From Paraspadella gotoi (Eukaryota > Animalia > Chaetognatha), in NCBI GenBank assembly GCA_051294375.1, contig CM119263.1, forward strand, positions 2,596,989 to 2,660,988: DNA of 64,000 nucleotides. Direction: 5' to 3'. The position numbers and the translations under genes were made by a program. Below, piece after piece: positions 1-14,687 of the stretch. The number at the start of each line of letters is the position of its first letter. Within the stretch, counting starts at the first letter, position 1. Under the pieces are notes generated by a model, which saw only the letters and a list, made by a program, of their open reading frames with translations, was not told the origin of the DNA and ran no database searches.

Positions 1-13
1 CGTAGATCGCCTA

Positions 14-1394
14 TTAGTTTTTTTCGTATTCTCCGGCAAGCGAAACGTCGTCCATAATTTTTTGGAGAACATGTTGCCAATTTTTGTTCCATTGATTTTC
101 GCCGTCACCTTTTTTAATTTCCTGGTTCTCCTTATTTCGAGAACCTGCGCGACAATCACCCCACCCAGATGACGATGCGACGGCGCCTCTTGGCGCAAAC
201 GGAAGAGAGACTCTGTCGTTGAAATCTTCTTCGTACCAGAGGCATTCGTAATCTTCCTCATCGCCATTGCCAATTGGCTGGTCATATTCCCTATATGCTG
301 CGTCGTGGCTGTCGCCGGCGGCGCTGCTCCAAGAGATGGTCTCCAGGCTCGTATCCTCCGAGGATCCGTCTTCATCCGTCGCGGTTCCAGATTCCAAATC
401 GGTCTCCGTCGAGACTTCTGAGAAACGAAGCGAACTCGCGGATCCGATGGTCGAAACTGAAAATCGTTTTAGATCTTCTACTGAGCGGCGCGATAGCGGA
501 GTTCCCTTCGAACGAGCGCCGCTTTCCGGAAACGACGGTCCATCGGATCCGGCGAGAAAGCCGTAGTCGTCGTCGCTGCGATTCGACGAGATGGTGGAGG
601 CCGCGTAAAGCTTGGGCTTTTGACGCCGCGTTTGGAAGAGATTTCCCCAGCAAGAATTCCACGCGGCGCCGTCGACTTTGAGAAGTGAATCGAGATCCTC
701 GTCGCGGCGAGGTTTAGTCGATGATCGGATATTGGGCGAAGACGGGAATTGGTGGGCGTTGAGGGGGGATTTGGTTGGCGCCGACGAAGCGATGGAGGCT
801 GCGTCGAAATTAGATTCTGTCAACGTTAACGTGAAATGCTTATCCGCTCGATATTTCAAATAAATTGCTTAACTTTCATTGTTTATTAAATAAAATACCT
901 TTTTCTTCTAATTCGCACAGCGCGGTCGAAAGGTGGTTTGCGTTGAGAAATAAAAAGCTGGAGATGTTCTCCTCCAGCATCGCGGCTTCCCTCAAAACGT
1001 TGGCCGGCGTCTCCGCCTCCATCGTCTCCCCGTTCCATCGTTTCACTTCGGCGAGGAATGCCAAAGTCTGAGAGAGAATCTTGAAAGTTTTGAGAGTTTC
1101 CGCTGTGTTAGGCTCGCAGCGACGACAACGCTTCCGCGCGGCGATTCTGTCGCGCGTCTCGATGTCCCGTCGGAACAGTTCGAGGTAGCGAAGGCACAGA
1201 CGATGTCCCTTTATTGACGCCACCTCCGCCGGTGTTAGACCCTGCGCGTTTTTCTCGAAGACTCGATTAGCGAGCTGCGGCGTCCGGTCTAGAAGATCGA
1301 CGAGACGTTCCAAGTCGCCCCGAGCGGCGGCTTCGTGAACGAGCCATTCGTCCGACTCAGCTTTATTCTTTTTAACCATTTTTCCTTTCATCAC
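14..1394 (-). CDS. Ankyrin-repeat protein with long Ser/acidic low-complexity C-terminus (two exons, 1394-899 and 846-14)
   Basis: LVHEAAARGDLERL and GLTPAEVASIKGHRLCLRYL are ankyrin-like. ORFs 876..1394 and 14..859 join in frame through a 52-nt GT..GAG intron (847-898). Further upstream exons cannot be excluded (N gap at 1461-1470). Confidence 0.65.
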
Positions 1395-2326
1395 TTGGAT
1401 TCTCGATTTCGAGACAAAGTGAGCGCGGCTCGAGGAAGAAAACTCTTACCGTCCTCTCTCNNNNNNNNNNTCTCTCTCTCTGCTCTTTTTCTGCGAACTC
1501 GTTGAATTTTCCATTTCATGTCCCTGGCGATGGAATTAAAGAGAAAGGAGGGTCGATCAACCCATTTAAGGCCGCAAATTTTCATTTAATTCCACCGTCA
1601 TTAAAAGCGTCCAACGCACTTGGCGGTCGGCACGAAATTCCTGATCCCGGTTTCGTCTTAGAATTTTTTATAGCGACAATTTATTCGGTCGTTTTAATTG
1701 GAAGCCGGGTAAAGATCGAAACTCTTGAAATAAGCAAGAAAATGGAAGGGGAGTGGCGGCATTGGAATAAACTTTGAATGCCTTATTTAATCCATGTTCT
1801 TAATTATATTGTAGAACATTTTAAAGGAATTTCATCCACAATGCAAGTCAACGATATTTTAGTTTCATTAGGGCGAACGGGAGGTGATCGTGTAAAAAAC
1901 TGCCTGAGTTGTTATTTCTTGTTTCTCAAATTCACATGCTCTGCTCGTTAAGGGACGCATAAAATTGAAAGCCATATAATCAAGTCTTGTATTGTTCTTG
2001 GCATGGAATCTTCAATAGTCGGTCATGCACGTCATTCAATATGGATTTTGCAAGCCAATGACTTTTTTGGGAAGCAGGGAGACACGCAACCATAAAATTA
2101 TACACACTTTACTTTTCTAGAATGCATACGTCATTTTTATTGGAAATTGATTATTAATAATAATAATAATAAAAAGCGAATTATATTCACCCGAACTCAC
2201 AAGTTTAAAAAAATATAGTTATATATATGCAATATTGTTACTATTTTTATAGCGCATTAACTAAACTTATTATTTGCTCGCCTAAAGTGCGAGAAGTAAT
2301 TAATTCCGTTTCTTTTAATCATTTAG

Positions 2327-4211
2327 ACGCCGGCCGTCGTCCTTCCTCCAATCATGTACGGCGTAACAATAACTTTTCGCAATCGCCATCGTGCGCCGGA
2401 TTTCTTTTGGCGAAGTCGTGACCCTTTGGTCGGAAGGGAGGACGATGGAAATAAACTGACCACCAAGACGCAGACCATTGAGGTACGCAGAATCTAATCC
2501 TTGGAGCAGAATAACTAATCCTTGGAGCTTAGGTCCAACTTATTCTCCCTTCGTGTTTTTCGTATCGCACTTAATTTTGTTCCCAACCTACGTACCTACT
2601 TCTCCCAGGCGGAGGATCAACCTCAACGATTTCAAGGGCAAAAAATGACTCCGATTCGTCAGGAAAAAATGTACACGAGGTAAGTATTTTAACTTGGGTT
2701 TATTTGAAATATTTGTATGACTTTTTTATATTCATTTTGTTTTTCTTTTCGTTATGTTTGAGATTACATAGACGTTCTTTTAACAACGGCAATATTTTTA
2801 TTCTTCAATGTTTTAAACAATCTCAACTTTACCCAAACATTTTTTAAAATATTTCTTGCAGTCGCTCCCAAGAATTCGGGGGAAGAAAATTATATTTTTT
2901 TGGAAACGATTACGCTCAAAGTTCAAAAAGGTAAGGTAGGCAATGAGGGTGAGGTAGTTCATTAAATTAAATGTTCATTTTTTTAAAAATCTTCTCAGTG
3001 AAAAGAAATTAAAGTGTCGGTGCTGGAATAAGCCGGGAATGCCGAAAAGTATAGAGAAAAGAAAGCCGGGTAAGTTCCGTAACGAGGAATTTATACTCCT
3101 TACCTTTTCATCTTCTCTATTTTCAATTTTCTCAGCTCCAAGTTGCTCGCGACTTCTCAACGACGAAATCGTGAGCAAAGACATCGAATCCCAACCTCTC
3201 TCCCAACGACGTCGACTCCGTCAAGTCACTTACCACGAGCAAGTCGGATTTAAGGGTCCTTCCTTCAACGGGCTGAGTTCCGTCAGGTCCCCCAAACTTC
3301 CTTACTGCATGAGAAGAGCCGAGGTTAGTCACGATTGCTTCGTCTCGTTTTCTATCTTCTATTTACGGAATCAACCAAACACGTGATTTTAGATCCATTG
3401 GCTCNNNNNNNNNNACTCGGGCGCCGATGTTTTCACTGACCGGTCGAAAGATGCCCGTTTTCCCGCCGTGCCCACTTCTCTCATGACCCGATCGAGGAAA
3501 GTAAACAAGATAGAGGGCGACACTCTCGACTTGAGCTCCTCTTTGTTCCGAATTCCTTCAGCCAAAAACAATCCTTCGATCAAAGTCGGTCGCGTCGAGG
3601 TTCGCTTCCTAATTATAAATTAATTATCAATAGTGGGGAGTCGATGACAAGGCTTTTCATTTCGCCTCATCTCCACAGAGCGACGCGCCCGCCAAGATGC
3701 TCTTCCTCCGCAGCGGTCGCCCGATTTCTGCCGTCGCTGCCGCTGACGAAACTAACCTGGAGGCGACTCGCGCTTCGACGGTCCTGCCCGATCACGTGGG
3801 ACGTCTCAGATCACCAGCGGTCAAGTACCGTCGGGCGGCGATTCACACTCCCTCCTTTTCACGTCTCGGCGTCGTGGAGGTTTGTTCAACCGGCGGTCCG
3901 GCTGTCATTGTATATCTGATAAATCTATTCTAAATTCTATTTTGGCAGAAGATCTCCGATGAGGAGCCGACGACTAAAGCAATGGGACCGGCAAGAAATC
4001 TACGGTTGGCCGTCGAACCAGCCCTCGACCACGGAGATTTTGCCATGACTGAACTCGCACAAGGTATTTTTGTTAATTTTTTTGCGTCTATTTATACAAT
4101 ATACAATCCTTATACATCCTTTTTTTGGTAGGCGATTACGATATGACGCCGGCTGCCTTAAAAATCATTCAAAACATTAAATGTCTGAACGACTTTCGCG
4201 GGAAAAAATGA
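2327..4211 (+). CDS. Multi-exon orphan protein (about 9 exons, 5' end not resolved), copy 1
   Basis: Consecutive GT-AG bounded exons keep one open frame from TPAVVLPPIMYG to IKCLNDFRGKK*. No recognisable domain. Confidence 0.55.
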
Positions 4212-4508
4212 ATAAATATTTATCATGACAATGCCAAAACTAAGTCGTTATTTGTATTTGTTACACTCAAATACTTTGTTTGTTATGAACAACTCTCAAT
4301 TATTGTTCAGAAATACAATTTTATTCAGTTGAACGTAGAATTAACAATAATTATTTAATTGTTATGGAATAGAAAATCAAATTCGGCTAACAGCTTGACT
4401 AGAAAGGCTCACGATGTTTGTTTTTTTTTAAATAATACTGACGTAAACAATAAAATGGATTAGAAAAATGTATAAGTTGATCAGTTGAAGAAAACTAATT
4501 TGCATGTT

Positions 4509-6750
4509 TTACAATTCCTCCTTGCTTTTATCTGCTTGCTTTTCTTCGCTCTCCTCTTTGCTCTCCTCTTCTTTGCTCTCTTTTTGTTCCTCATCAGATT
4601 CTTCCTCTTCTTCCTGCTCCTCCTCCTCCTCCTCCTCCACTTTTCCACCGCTCTCCAAAAATTTCGTGAGCGCCTCCAGAGTTCGCGCTCCCTGATTTGT
4701 AATTTATAAACTAAATACAACTCGAAACGAGTTTAAACAATATCGTAAAGAACAAAACAAACTCGAACCTTATAGTCAACGACGCTGCCGTCGGCTTTAA
4801 AGTATTTGATGGTAGGAAAGCCTTGTACACGAACGTCTTTCAATTCGTTCGCCGTCGCGTCCATCTTAGTGATTAAGATTTCTGTGTTATCCTGAAATAA
4901 AAATACAAAAAGTCAGGATTAGTCCCAATTAGCTAATCGAGACGCTCAACTCATTCTCGCCTCAAACTTTTCGGCCAGCTCGTTGTAGATCGGCTCCAGC
5001 TTCTTGCAATGACCGCACCAAGGAGCGTAGAATTCTACGAGGACATTTTTCCCTCCTTGGACGATAGATTCGAAGTTCGACCCGACGAGGACCTTGACGG
5101 GTTTCGCGTCCCAATCTTCCGGCAGAGGCGCGGCTTTGAGGTGGCGCTGTCGAGGAATTGCGTTCACTGTCACTGATCCTCTCTATCTTAATAGTATTCT
5201 TTGACGACAGTCGAACTTACCTCCACTTCACCCGCCAAAACTTTCGTGGCAAAAATTCGCAAATTGTCTTCGCTCAATGTTGGATCTTCGGGTTTAAATC
5301 GCTCAGTGTCGTCGCTGAAGTTTACGCTCCAAATAATCGGCTCGATTTTATTTCCTGAGAAAAACGAAATTCTCTTATCTAAAGATGAGTTATTAAATCT
5401 CTTTTTAAATTTCAGTGGTTCACCTTCTGAAGGTTCTTCCTCGTCGAAAAACCGCAGTACTCCCGCGTTACTTTCTTTATCCGCGTCGATCCACATGAAC
5501 GACATCTTAAGCGAAAAAAAAGCGTAACATATCATAACATGGACCTGGAAAAACCAACCTCCCTTCATACCCCCCCACCACTCGCGCGAACCTGGCCTTT
5601 AAACTCCCAGGCGACAGTTTTAACGGTCGCCTTGTGATCCTCGATATTGGCCAGAGTCCCGGACATGATGACGAGCATATGCTTCTTGATGTCGGAGGCG
5701 AAGACTCTGCTGGAGGAGGTGTCGTCAAACTCCGCACCGATCGGCACCAGATTCCGCTGAAAAGAGAAATCGGCACAAGTTTTAGCTATCGATCGAAAAG
5801 CTAATGACGGCGAACGTACCTTGACGAAAGATTCGATGCCTTCCGGGTTAAAAGCCTCGCTCTCAGCCAGTAAAGTGAATTTTTCCTCGTCGTAGTCAGA
5901 ATAGAGAATCAAACCGGGTTTGTGCGTTTGCGCCTCCATGATCTTTTTGCGAAAACAGGAAGAGAATGTCAAAAACAAATCTTTCGTGACATAAAACTCA
6001 AAACATATTCTTTCACGATTTCGTAGTGATTAACTCACGTCCTTATCGTTCGTGATGGCATATTCCACGCTGTCGTCTATATCGGCCGCTTTCACAAATG
6101 TTTTGACCTCTTCAGAATCCGGATTCGGAAAGTATCCAATGACGCAGGGAGACGTTGTCTTCTGGAATCTCTCCACCTGAGGGAAAGGCGGAAAGAGAGC
6201 GATTAAGAAGACAGATGTTTGAGCTCAACTAAAAACCCAAAATTATTTCACCTCAGCAGCCGTGGCAAGCAGCCTGGCCGGATCGCCCGTCTTCTTCTTC
6301 AGCCAAGCGATGATCTGTTCGGTCTCTCTTCCTCCTTTGAAGTCGCGAGGAACTCCGTTGACGAAGAACTTGATGGTGGGGAATCCTCTGACCTCAAACT
6401 GGCTTGCTAGCTGCTTCTCCGTAGTTGCGTCGACCTTCAGAGATGGAAACGTTCGTTGCACATATGCTCTTATTCGTAGGCGAAAGTCTCGTTAAAAATC
6501 AACTAACTTTGGCGAGGCGGATGTCCGATTTTTCCTCTTTCAGCTTCCGAGCTGCCTCCGCGTAATTCGGCGCGAGCGCTTTGCAGTGTCCACACCAGGG
6601 GGCGTAGAACTCCACCAGGATGTGTTGGTACTGAAGGATGGCATTCATGAAGTTCCCTTGGTTCAGCACGAGAACCTCATCCTCTTCGGGAAATTCCTCC
6701 GAAAAAGTTCTCGAAGGCAGAGCGAACAAGAGAAAGAAAAAGATTTTCAT
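4509..6750 (-). CDS. P4HB: Protein disulfide-isomerase (PDIA1/P4HB type), copy 1, intact, 10 exons
   Basis: Signal peptide [11 protein letters not shown], two [11 protein letters not shown] thioredoxin sites, [10 protein letters not shown], acidic tail ending KEEL*. Exons splice in frame, including one GC-AG intron. Confidence 0.93.
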
Positions 6751-8401
6751 TTTTTATTTCCTTTAAAAAAAAAAGGTTAATACAAATCTTTTTCTCGGTA
6801 AGATGAAGCAGAACAAGGTTTGTTTGTATTGTACCGTTGCTAAGCATTTTTCGTTCAAGATCCTCGTTAGTCTTTTAGTATCGTAGCTATGTTACGACAG
6901 GAAGTGTAACCGATAACTTTACGTTCTTTGAAACAAATATAACTGAAAATAATTTAAAAGACTTTACCTAATACGCGTTAGTTTTTCTTAACAGCTACAT
7001 ATTTTTTCAAGTTATTCGAAATTATTAAAAGGCATGCGTTTGTGTTTGTTTACACACGCTTACTGCAAGTTTAAGTTTACCCGAAAAAAAAAATGTAATT
7101 TCGAGTTTAACCGCGGTTTGGGAGACGCATAGTCTTAAGTGGAGAGGCCCGGCTCAGGATCGATCTGGATTTCATCTCAAGTACGGAGTCGCGCTTCAAC
7201 AACAACAACAACAACATCTTCATCGGATTCCAAACAAACAAAAGAAGAGTTGAGATTAACGCACTTCTGGGCGCCATCGAGAACAAAGAGGCCCTGAGTT
7301 TAAACCCACCCTAAAGGGCAAAGGGAATGGATTTGTATTTAAAAACCGTTCGTTCCATGATGGAAAGATAAGTCGCCTCAACTTTCCTTAGTTTCAGGAG
7401 CTATTAAAACTTGTAATATAATTTTATTTTAAATTCTTTTCTGATTTGATTGAGCTATCTTTGATTCAAAATATAGGTACGCGGTATAATAACAATAAAG
7501 CATATGAAACTTTGTTTAACAAAAAGTATTAATAAAATTTATTTGATTTAAGTATATAGTTATTAAATTATAATATACAAAAAGCGTAATAATAATATTG
7601 TACGCCACAGTTGTACTTTTAATCATATTTTGATTAAGGTTAACTCATTTAAATGAGAAAAAATTAAAATTATTGAATATATAAATTAATTTTTTAAATT
7701 TTTTTTAAAAAAGCCTCATAATTGTTCAGTTTTGTTTCTTTTCCATCATTGTATGTTCTTCATCGAAGAATGTTAAACTTCTATTACAACGGCACAATTC
7801 TCTCTCTCCTTTTTATTATTACTATTTTCGTCTTCACTATCAAGTTTACATGTTTGTTTTTCCCTAAACACAGTTTATTTATACATTCTTACATCACCAG
7901 ACGTAATTTGAACATGAGTAACGATTGAAATCCCGTTGTGCTATTAAATCGGAATAATGAATCATAATGATGACGAAGGCGACGCTATTATATTAACGAT
8001 TTTATCGAGGCTCTTCGGTCCTCGTTATCCTTATACAAATCGATTTCCTTTTATTTTCCTTTTCATTCTCCTTTTTTCCCCTTTTCGTCGAATACAAAAT
8101 TTAACCGAATTTCGTAAATGGATGGATGACATCCGACGAAGCCGTATCTCAGATCGCTTGTCAAGATTTTTTGTCGTAAAATTCAATCAAATCAAACTAT
8201 TGCATCCATTGTCAAAGAATTCATTGTCCAGTTACACGAAGATCTTTAAAGGTCTCGCCTATAATTGTGCTGGTTATAACTACATCTTATTCATAAACGA
8301 ATCAAGGAAATGGAAAATCGCTTTCTCAGAGAGTCGAATGGATAAGGGAGCCAAGGATGAGCTGACGCCAACGAAATTGCGATAACGAATCGCGTTTCCC
8401 A

Positions 8402-8432
<31 letters not shown>

Positions 8433-8776
8433 ATGAAACTCACCTCGATACGATAATCGTAACTCCGGGTTTCGGTCAACCCGACGACCACCACGAAAGT
8501 AAAATCCATCGACGGTTCACCTCGACTCACCTTCCATTCAAAGCTCTGGTCCCACGTAAACCTACCCTGTCATTACGAATGTGGGGTCCGAACCTCGCGT
8601 CGAATTATCGGCCAATTATCGATGGGACATCGAAGGCCTTTTGTTCGCGAATGACGTTTTCACGGGATCACAGACGAGACGATCGAAACGAGGGGGGGTC
8701 GAGGGTGATCGAAAAGAGGGAAAAGAAAAAGGAGAAACAATGGCGTCCAATTCCGAGACATCGATTTTAAGTGAGT

Positions 8777-8841
<65 letters not shown>

Positions 8842-9024
8842 CTCTCTCGCTCCTCTCTCTCTCTCTCTCTCTCTCTCACTTCTCTCTCTCTCTTTCTCTC
8901 TCTCTCCATCGTCGTCTCCCACTCCATCTCGTCAAGAGCTATTTTCCATTACCACCGGCGCCACGGACTACGGCAATAAATCCCCCCTCATTTCTCCCCC
9001 TCTAAATCCACTCCGCTCTTCTCT

Positions 9025-9101
<77 letters not shown>

Positions 9102-9481
9102 TCTTTCTTTCCCTAAGAAGGTCAATTTTTTTTCAACGGAAGCGTTTGCTTGATTGTTGAAGCGATTGTTACAAGCTTCTTAGATACTAAATCTTTATTA
9201 TTTAATGTCGCTTATCTTGACTAAAATTATTATATTATTTCTTGTTCTACTTTGAATCCTACGATTTCAGATATTCGTCAGATACTAGATACTTTACTGA
9301 TACTAGTCAAGACTGCACGGCCTAGATCCTCCTTTTAACTAGACGCTAAAAAAAAATATTTATTTTTAATCCACTACAATGATGTCGAATTCGATAACTA
9401 CTCACTAACTATTAGTATAATATAGCTACTAGTATTAAACTATTATTTTAAATTTCGGACTAAATTGACTACGGTTTAATT

Positions 9482-10326
9482 ATTATTTATCTATTTTGGG
9501 AAGTTTGACGAATTTGGTTGAGGATTCATCACACTTTTGGCCAAAGCCCTTTGAACCGTCCCACCTTCCGGAACTTCTTAATTTTTCTTCCAATTTCTGT
9601 CCAAGATAATTTTTGATAATTTCATAATGTTATGTTGCTTATCGAATCTTACAGTCACATTGTGGGCTAGACTATTTCGACCTGATAGTCTTTCTTCATC
9701 CGCAGATACTCCGTTCTGTTCTCGTTGGCCTTCATCTCCAACTGCTGTTTCTCCTCGGCGTCCTGGACAGCCTTGGCGCGCCAGACTGCCAACTCGCCCA
9801 GCATTGCCTGATTGTTGCTTGTCTTTTTCTAGTTTAAATTGAGCGGATTCTCATGACAACCTCACAATTAATGACAATATGTAAGAGATGATTATTTAAT
9901 ATGATATCTAATGAGATTAAATTTCTCAATCTTATTTACATAATACATATTGTAGTGTTAAATGTAAATGAGTTCATTTTGATTTTGGAATTGAATACTA
10001 GTTCTGTTTTTCGGTTCTAAGCCACTATTCTGTATATCGAATATTTTATCATAAGATTTAAATATTCTCTAAAAATATTTACTGACATAATTTGTAATTT
10101 GTCTAAATTATAGTCACGACATAAAGGCACTCATTTAATCAGTATATAATGATAGCGATTAAACTTTCAGCTCACCCTGATCGTCCTGTTAGCGGCGGCC
10201 AACTTCTCGGCATCTTGTGGTCCCGGCAATCGCCGGATCATACGCCCTTGCTCGTCGACGAGCCGTTCCAAATCCTCCAAGCTCCTCTCTTTATGCTCTA
10301 CTTCTTCCGTCTTTCTGATGAGGCGG
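9482..10326 (-). pseudogene. Duplicated 3' fragment of CFAP58, truncated at the duplication junction
   Basis: Matches 17402-18247 (RLIRKTEEVEHKE...), lacks all upstream exons and carries indels. Confidence 0.8.
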
Positions 10327-12146
10327 GTCCTTCCTCCAATCATGTACGGCGTAACAATAACTTTTCGCAATCGCCATCGTGCGCCGGATTTCTTTTGGCG
10401 AAGTCGTGACCCTTTGGTCGGAAGGGAGGACGATGGAAAATAAACTGACCACCAAGACGCAGACCATTGAGGTACGCAGAATCTAATCCTTGGAGCAGAA
10501 TAACTAATCCTTGGAGCTTAGGTCCAACTTATTCTCCCTTCGTGTTTTTCGCTATCGCACTTAATTTTGTTCCCAACCTACGTACCTACTTCTCCAGGCG
10601 GAGGATCAACCTCACGATTTCAAGGGCAAAAAATGACTCCGATTCGTCAGGAAAAAATGTACACGAGGTAAGTATTTTAACTTGGGTTTATTTGAAATAT
10701 ATTTGTATGACTTTTTATATTCATTTTGTTTTCTTTCGTCATGTTTGAGATTACATAGACGTTCTTTAACAACGCCAATATTTTTATTCTTCAATGTTTT
10801 AAACAATCTCAACTTTACCCAAACATTTTTTAAAATATTTCTTGCAGTCGCTCCCAAGAATTCGGGGAAGAAAATTGTATTTTTTTGGAAACGATTACGC
10901 TCAAAGTTCAAAAGGTAAGGTAGGCAATGAGGGTGAGGTAGTTCATTAAATTAAATGTTCATTTTTTTAAAAAATCTTCTCAGCTGAAAAGAAATTAAAG
11001 TGTCGGTGCTGGAATAAGCCTGGAATGCCGAAAAGTATAGAGAAAAGAAAGCCGGGTAAGTTCCGTAACGAGGAATTTATACTCCTTACCTTTTCATCTT
11101 CTCTATTTTCAATTTTCTCAGCTCCAAGTTGCTCGCGACTTCTCAACGACGAAATCGTGAGCAAAGACATCGAATCCCAACCTCTCTCCAACGACGTCGA
11201 CTCGTCAAGTCACTTACCACGAGCAAGTCGGATTTAAGGGTCCTTCCTTCAACGGGCTGAGTTCCGTCAGGTCCCCCAAACTTCTTACTGCATGAGAAGA
11301 GCCGAGGTTAGTCACGATTGCTTCGTCTCGTTTTCTATCTTCTATTTACGGAATCAACCAAACACGTGATTTTAGATCCATTGGCTCATCCCAGTCAACT
11401 CGGGCGCCGATGTTTTCACTGACGGTCGAAAGATGCCCGTTTTCCCGCCGTGCCCACTTCTCTCATGACCGATCGAGGAAAGTAACAAGATAGAGGGCGA
11501 CACTCTCGACTTGAGCTCCTCTTTGTTCCGAATTCCTTCAGCAAAAACAATCCTTCGATCAAAGTCGGTCGCGTCGAGGTTCGCTTCCTAATTATAAATT
11601 AATTATCAATAGTGGGGAGTCGATGACAAGGCTTTTCATTTCGCCTCATCTCCACAGAGCGACGCGCCCGCCAAGATGCTCTTCCTCCGCAGCGGTCGCC
11701 CGATTTCTGCCGTCGCTGCCGCTGACGAAAACTAACTGGAGGCGACTCGCGCTTCGACGGTCCTGCCCGATCACGTGGGACGTCTCAGATCACCAGCGGT
11801 CAAGTACCGTCGGGCGGCGATTCACACTCCCTCCTTTCACGTCTCGGCGTCGTGGAGGTTTGTTCAACCGGCGGTCCGGCTGTCATTGTATATCTGATAA
11901 ATCTATTCTAAATTCTATTCTATTCTATAGATCTATTCTACGGGATTGGTCTATTGCCGTACCACGGACGAATTTTGCCATGACCTGAACTCGCACAAGG
12001 TATTTATGTTAATTTTTTTGCGTCTATTTATACAATATACAATCCTTATACATCCTTTTTTGGTAGGCGATTACGATATGACGCCGGCTGCCTTAAAAAT
12101 CATTCAAAACATTAAATGTCTGAACGACTTTCGCGGGAAAAAATGA
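10327..12146 (+). pseudogene. Second, 5'-truncated and frameshifted copy of the orphan gene
   Basis: Copy of 2339-4211 with many 1-bp indels and a garbled segment near 11925-11985. Confidence 0.6.
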
Positions 12147-12446
12147 ATAAATATTTTATCATGACAATGCCAAAACTAAGTCGTTATTTGTATTTGTTAC
12201 ACTCAAATACTTTGTTTGTTATGAAACAACTCTCAATTATTTGTTCAGAAATACAATTTTATTCATTGAACGTAGAATTAACAATAATTATTTAATTGTT
12301 ATGGAATAGAAAATCAAATTCGGCTAACAGCTTGACTAGAAAGGCTCACGATGTTTGTTTTTTTTTAAAATAATACTGACGTAAACAATAAAATGGATTA
12401 GAAAAATGTATAAGTTGATCAGTTGAAGAAAACTAATTTGCATGTT

Positions 12447-14687
12447 TTACAATTCCTCCTTGCTTTTATCTGCTTGCTTTTCTTCGCTCTCCTCTTTGCT
12501 CTCCTCTTCTTTGCTCTCTTTTTGTTCCTCATCAGATTCTTCCTCTTCTTCCTGCTCCTCCTCCTCCTCCTCCTCCACTTTTCCCACCGCTCTCCAAAAA
12601 TTTCGTGAGCGCCTCCAGAGTTCGCGCTCCCTGATTTGTAATTTATAAACTAAATACAACTCGAAACGAGTTTAAACAATATCGTAAAGAACAAAACAAA
12701 CTCGAACCTTATAGTCAACGACGCTGCCGTCGGCTTTAAAGTATTTGATGGTAGGAAAGCCTTGTACACGAACGTCTTTCAATTCGTTCGCCGTCGCGTC
12801 CATCTTAGTGATTAAGATTTCTGTGTTATCCTGAAATAAAAATACAAAAGTCAGGATTAGTCCCAATTAGCTAATCGAGACGCTCAACTCATTCTCGCCT
12901 CAAACTTTTCGGCCAGCTCGTTGTAGATCGGCTCCAGCTTCTTGCAATGACCGCACCAAGGAGCGTAGAATTCTACGAGGACATTTTTCCCTCCTTGGAC
13001 GATAGATTCGAAGTTCGACCCGACGAGGACCTTGACGGGTTTCCGCGTCCCAATCTTCCGGCAGAGGCGCGGCTTTGAGGTGGCGCTGTCGAGGAATTGC
13101 GTTCACTGTCACTGATCCTCTCTATCTTAATAGTATTCTTTGACGACAGTCGAACTTACCTCCACTTCACCCGCCAAAACTTTCGTGGCAAAAATTCGCA
13201 AATTGTCTTTCGCTCAATGTTGGATCTTCGGGTTTAAATCGCTCAGTGTCGTCGCTGAAGTTTACGCTCCAAATAATCGGCTCGATTTTATTTCCTGAGA
13301 AAAACGAAATTCTCTATCTAAAGATGAGTTATTAAATCTCTTTTTAAATTTCAGTGGTTCACCTTCTGAAGGTTCTTCCTCGTCGAAAAACCGCAGTACT
13401 CCCGCGTTACTTTCTTTATCCGCGTCGATCCACATGAACGACATCTTAAGCGAAAAAAAAAGCGTAACATATCATAACATGGACCTGGAAAAAACCAACC
13501 TCCCTTCATACCCCCCACACTCGCGCGAACCTGGCCTTTAAACTCCGAGGCGACAGTTTTAACGGTCGCCTTGTGATCCTCGATATTGGCCAGAGTCCCG
13601 GACATGATGACGAGCATATGCTTCTTGATGTCGGAGGCGAAGACTCTGCTGGAGGAGGTGTCGTCAAACTCCGCACCGTCGGCACCAGATTCCGCTGAAA
13701 AGAGAAATCGGCACAAGTTTTAGCTATCGATCGAAAAAGCTAATGACGGCGAACGTACCTTGACGAAAGATTCGATGCCTTCCGGGTTAAAAGCCTCGCT
13801 CTCAGCCAGTAAAGTGAATTTTTTCCTCGTCGTAGTCAGAATAGAGAATCAAACCGGGTTTGTGCGTTTGCGCCTCCATGATCTTTTTGCGAAACAGGAA
13901 GAGAATGTCAAAAACAAATCTTTCGTGACATAAAACTCAAAACATATTCTTTCACGATTTCGTAGTGATTAACTCACGTCCTTATCGTTCGTGATGGCAT
14001 ATTCCACGCTGTCGTCTATATCGGCCGCTTTCACAAATGTTTTGACCTCTTCAGAATCCGGATTCGGAAAGTATCCAATGACGCAGGGAGACGTTGTCTT
14101 CTGGAATCTCTCCACCTGAGGAAAGGCGGAAAGAGAGCGATTAAGAAGACAGATGTTTGAGCTCAACTAAAAACCCCAAAATTATTTCAACCTCAGCAGC
14201 CGTGGCAAGCAGCCTGGCCGGATCGCCCGTCTTCTTCTTCAGCCAAGCGATGATCTGTTCGGTCTCTCTTCCTCCTTTGAAGTCGCGAGGAACTCCGTTG
14301 ACGAAGAACTTGATGGTGGGGAATCCTCTGACCTCAAACTGGCTTGCTAGCTGCTTCTCCGTAGTTGCGTCGACCTCAGAGATGGAAACGTTCGTTGCAC
14401 ATATGCTCTTATTCGTAGGCGAAAGTCTCGTTAAAAATCAACTAACTTTGGCGAGGCGGATGTCCGATTTTTCCTCTTCAGCTTCCGAGCTGCCTCCGCG
14501 TAATTCGGCGCGAGCGCTTTGCAGTGTCCACACCAGGGGGCGTAGAACTCCACCAGGATGTGTTGGTAGCTGAAGGATGGCATTCATGAAGTTCCTTGGT
14601 TCAGCACGAGAACCTCATCCTCTTCGGGAAATTCCTCGAAAAAGTTCTCGAAGGCAGAGCGAACAAGAGAAAGAAAAAGATTTTCAT
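12447..14687 (-). pseudogene. P4HB: Protein disulfide-isomerase copy 2, frameshifted as assembled
   Basis: Same exons as copy 1 with several 1-bp indels breaking the frame. These could be consensus errors rather than true lesions. Confidence 0.7.

Noticed and set aside
7957-8775. Possible gene between PDI and the CFAP58 3' end
   Set aside because: Donor-like sites are present on both strands, but I could not assemble a consistent frame and the two duplicate copies disagree.
8579-9160. Poly-SL / poly-ER ORFs here and at 16500-17070, 25330-25650, 33000-33470 and 53470-53960
   Set aside because: They are translations of (CT)n/(GA)n microsatellites.
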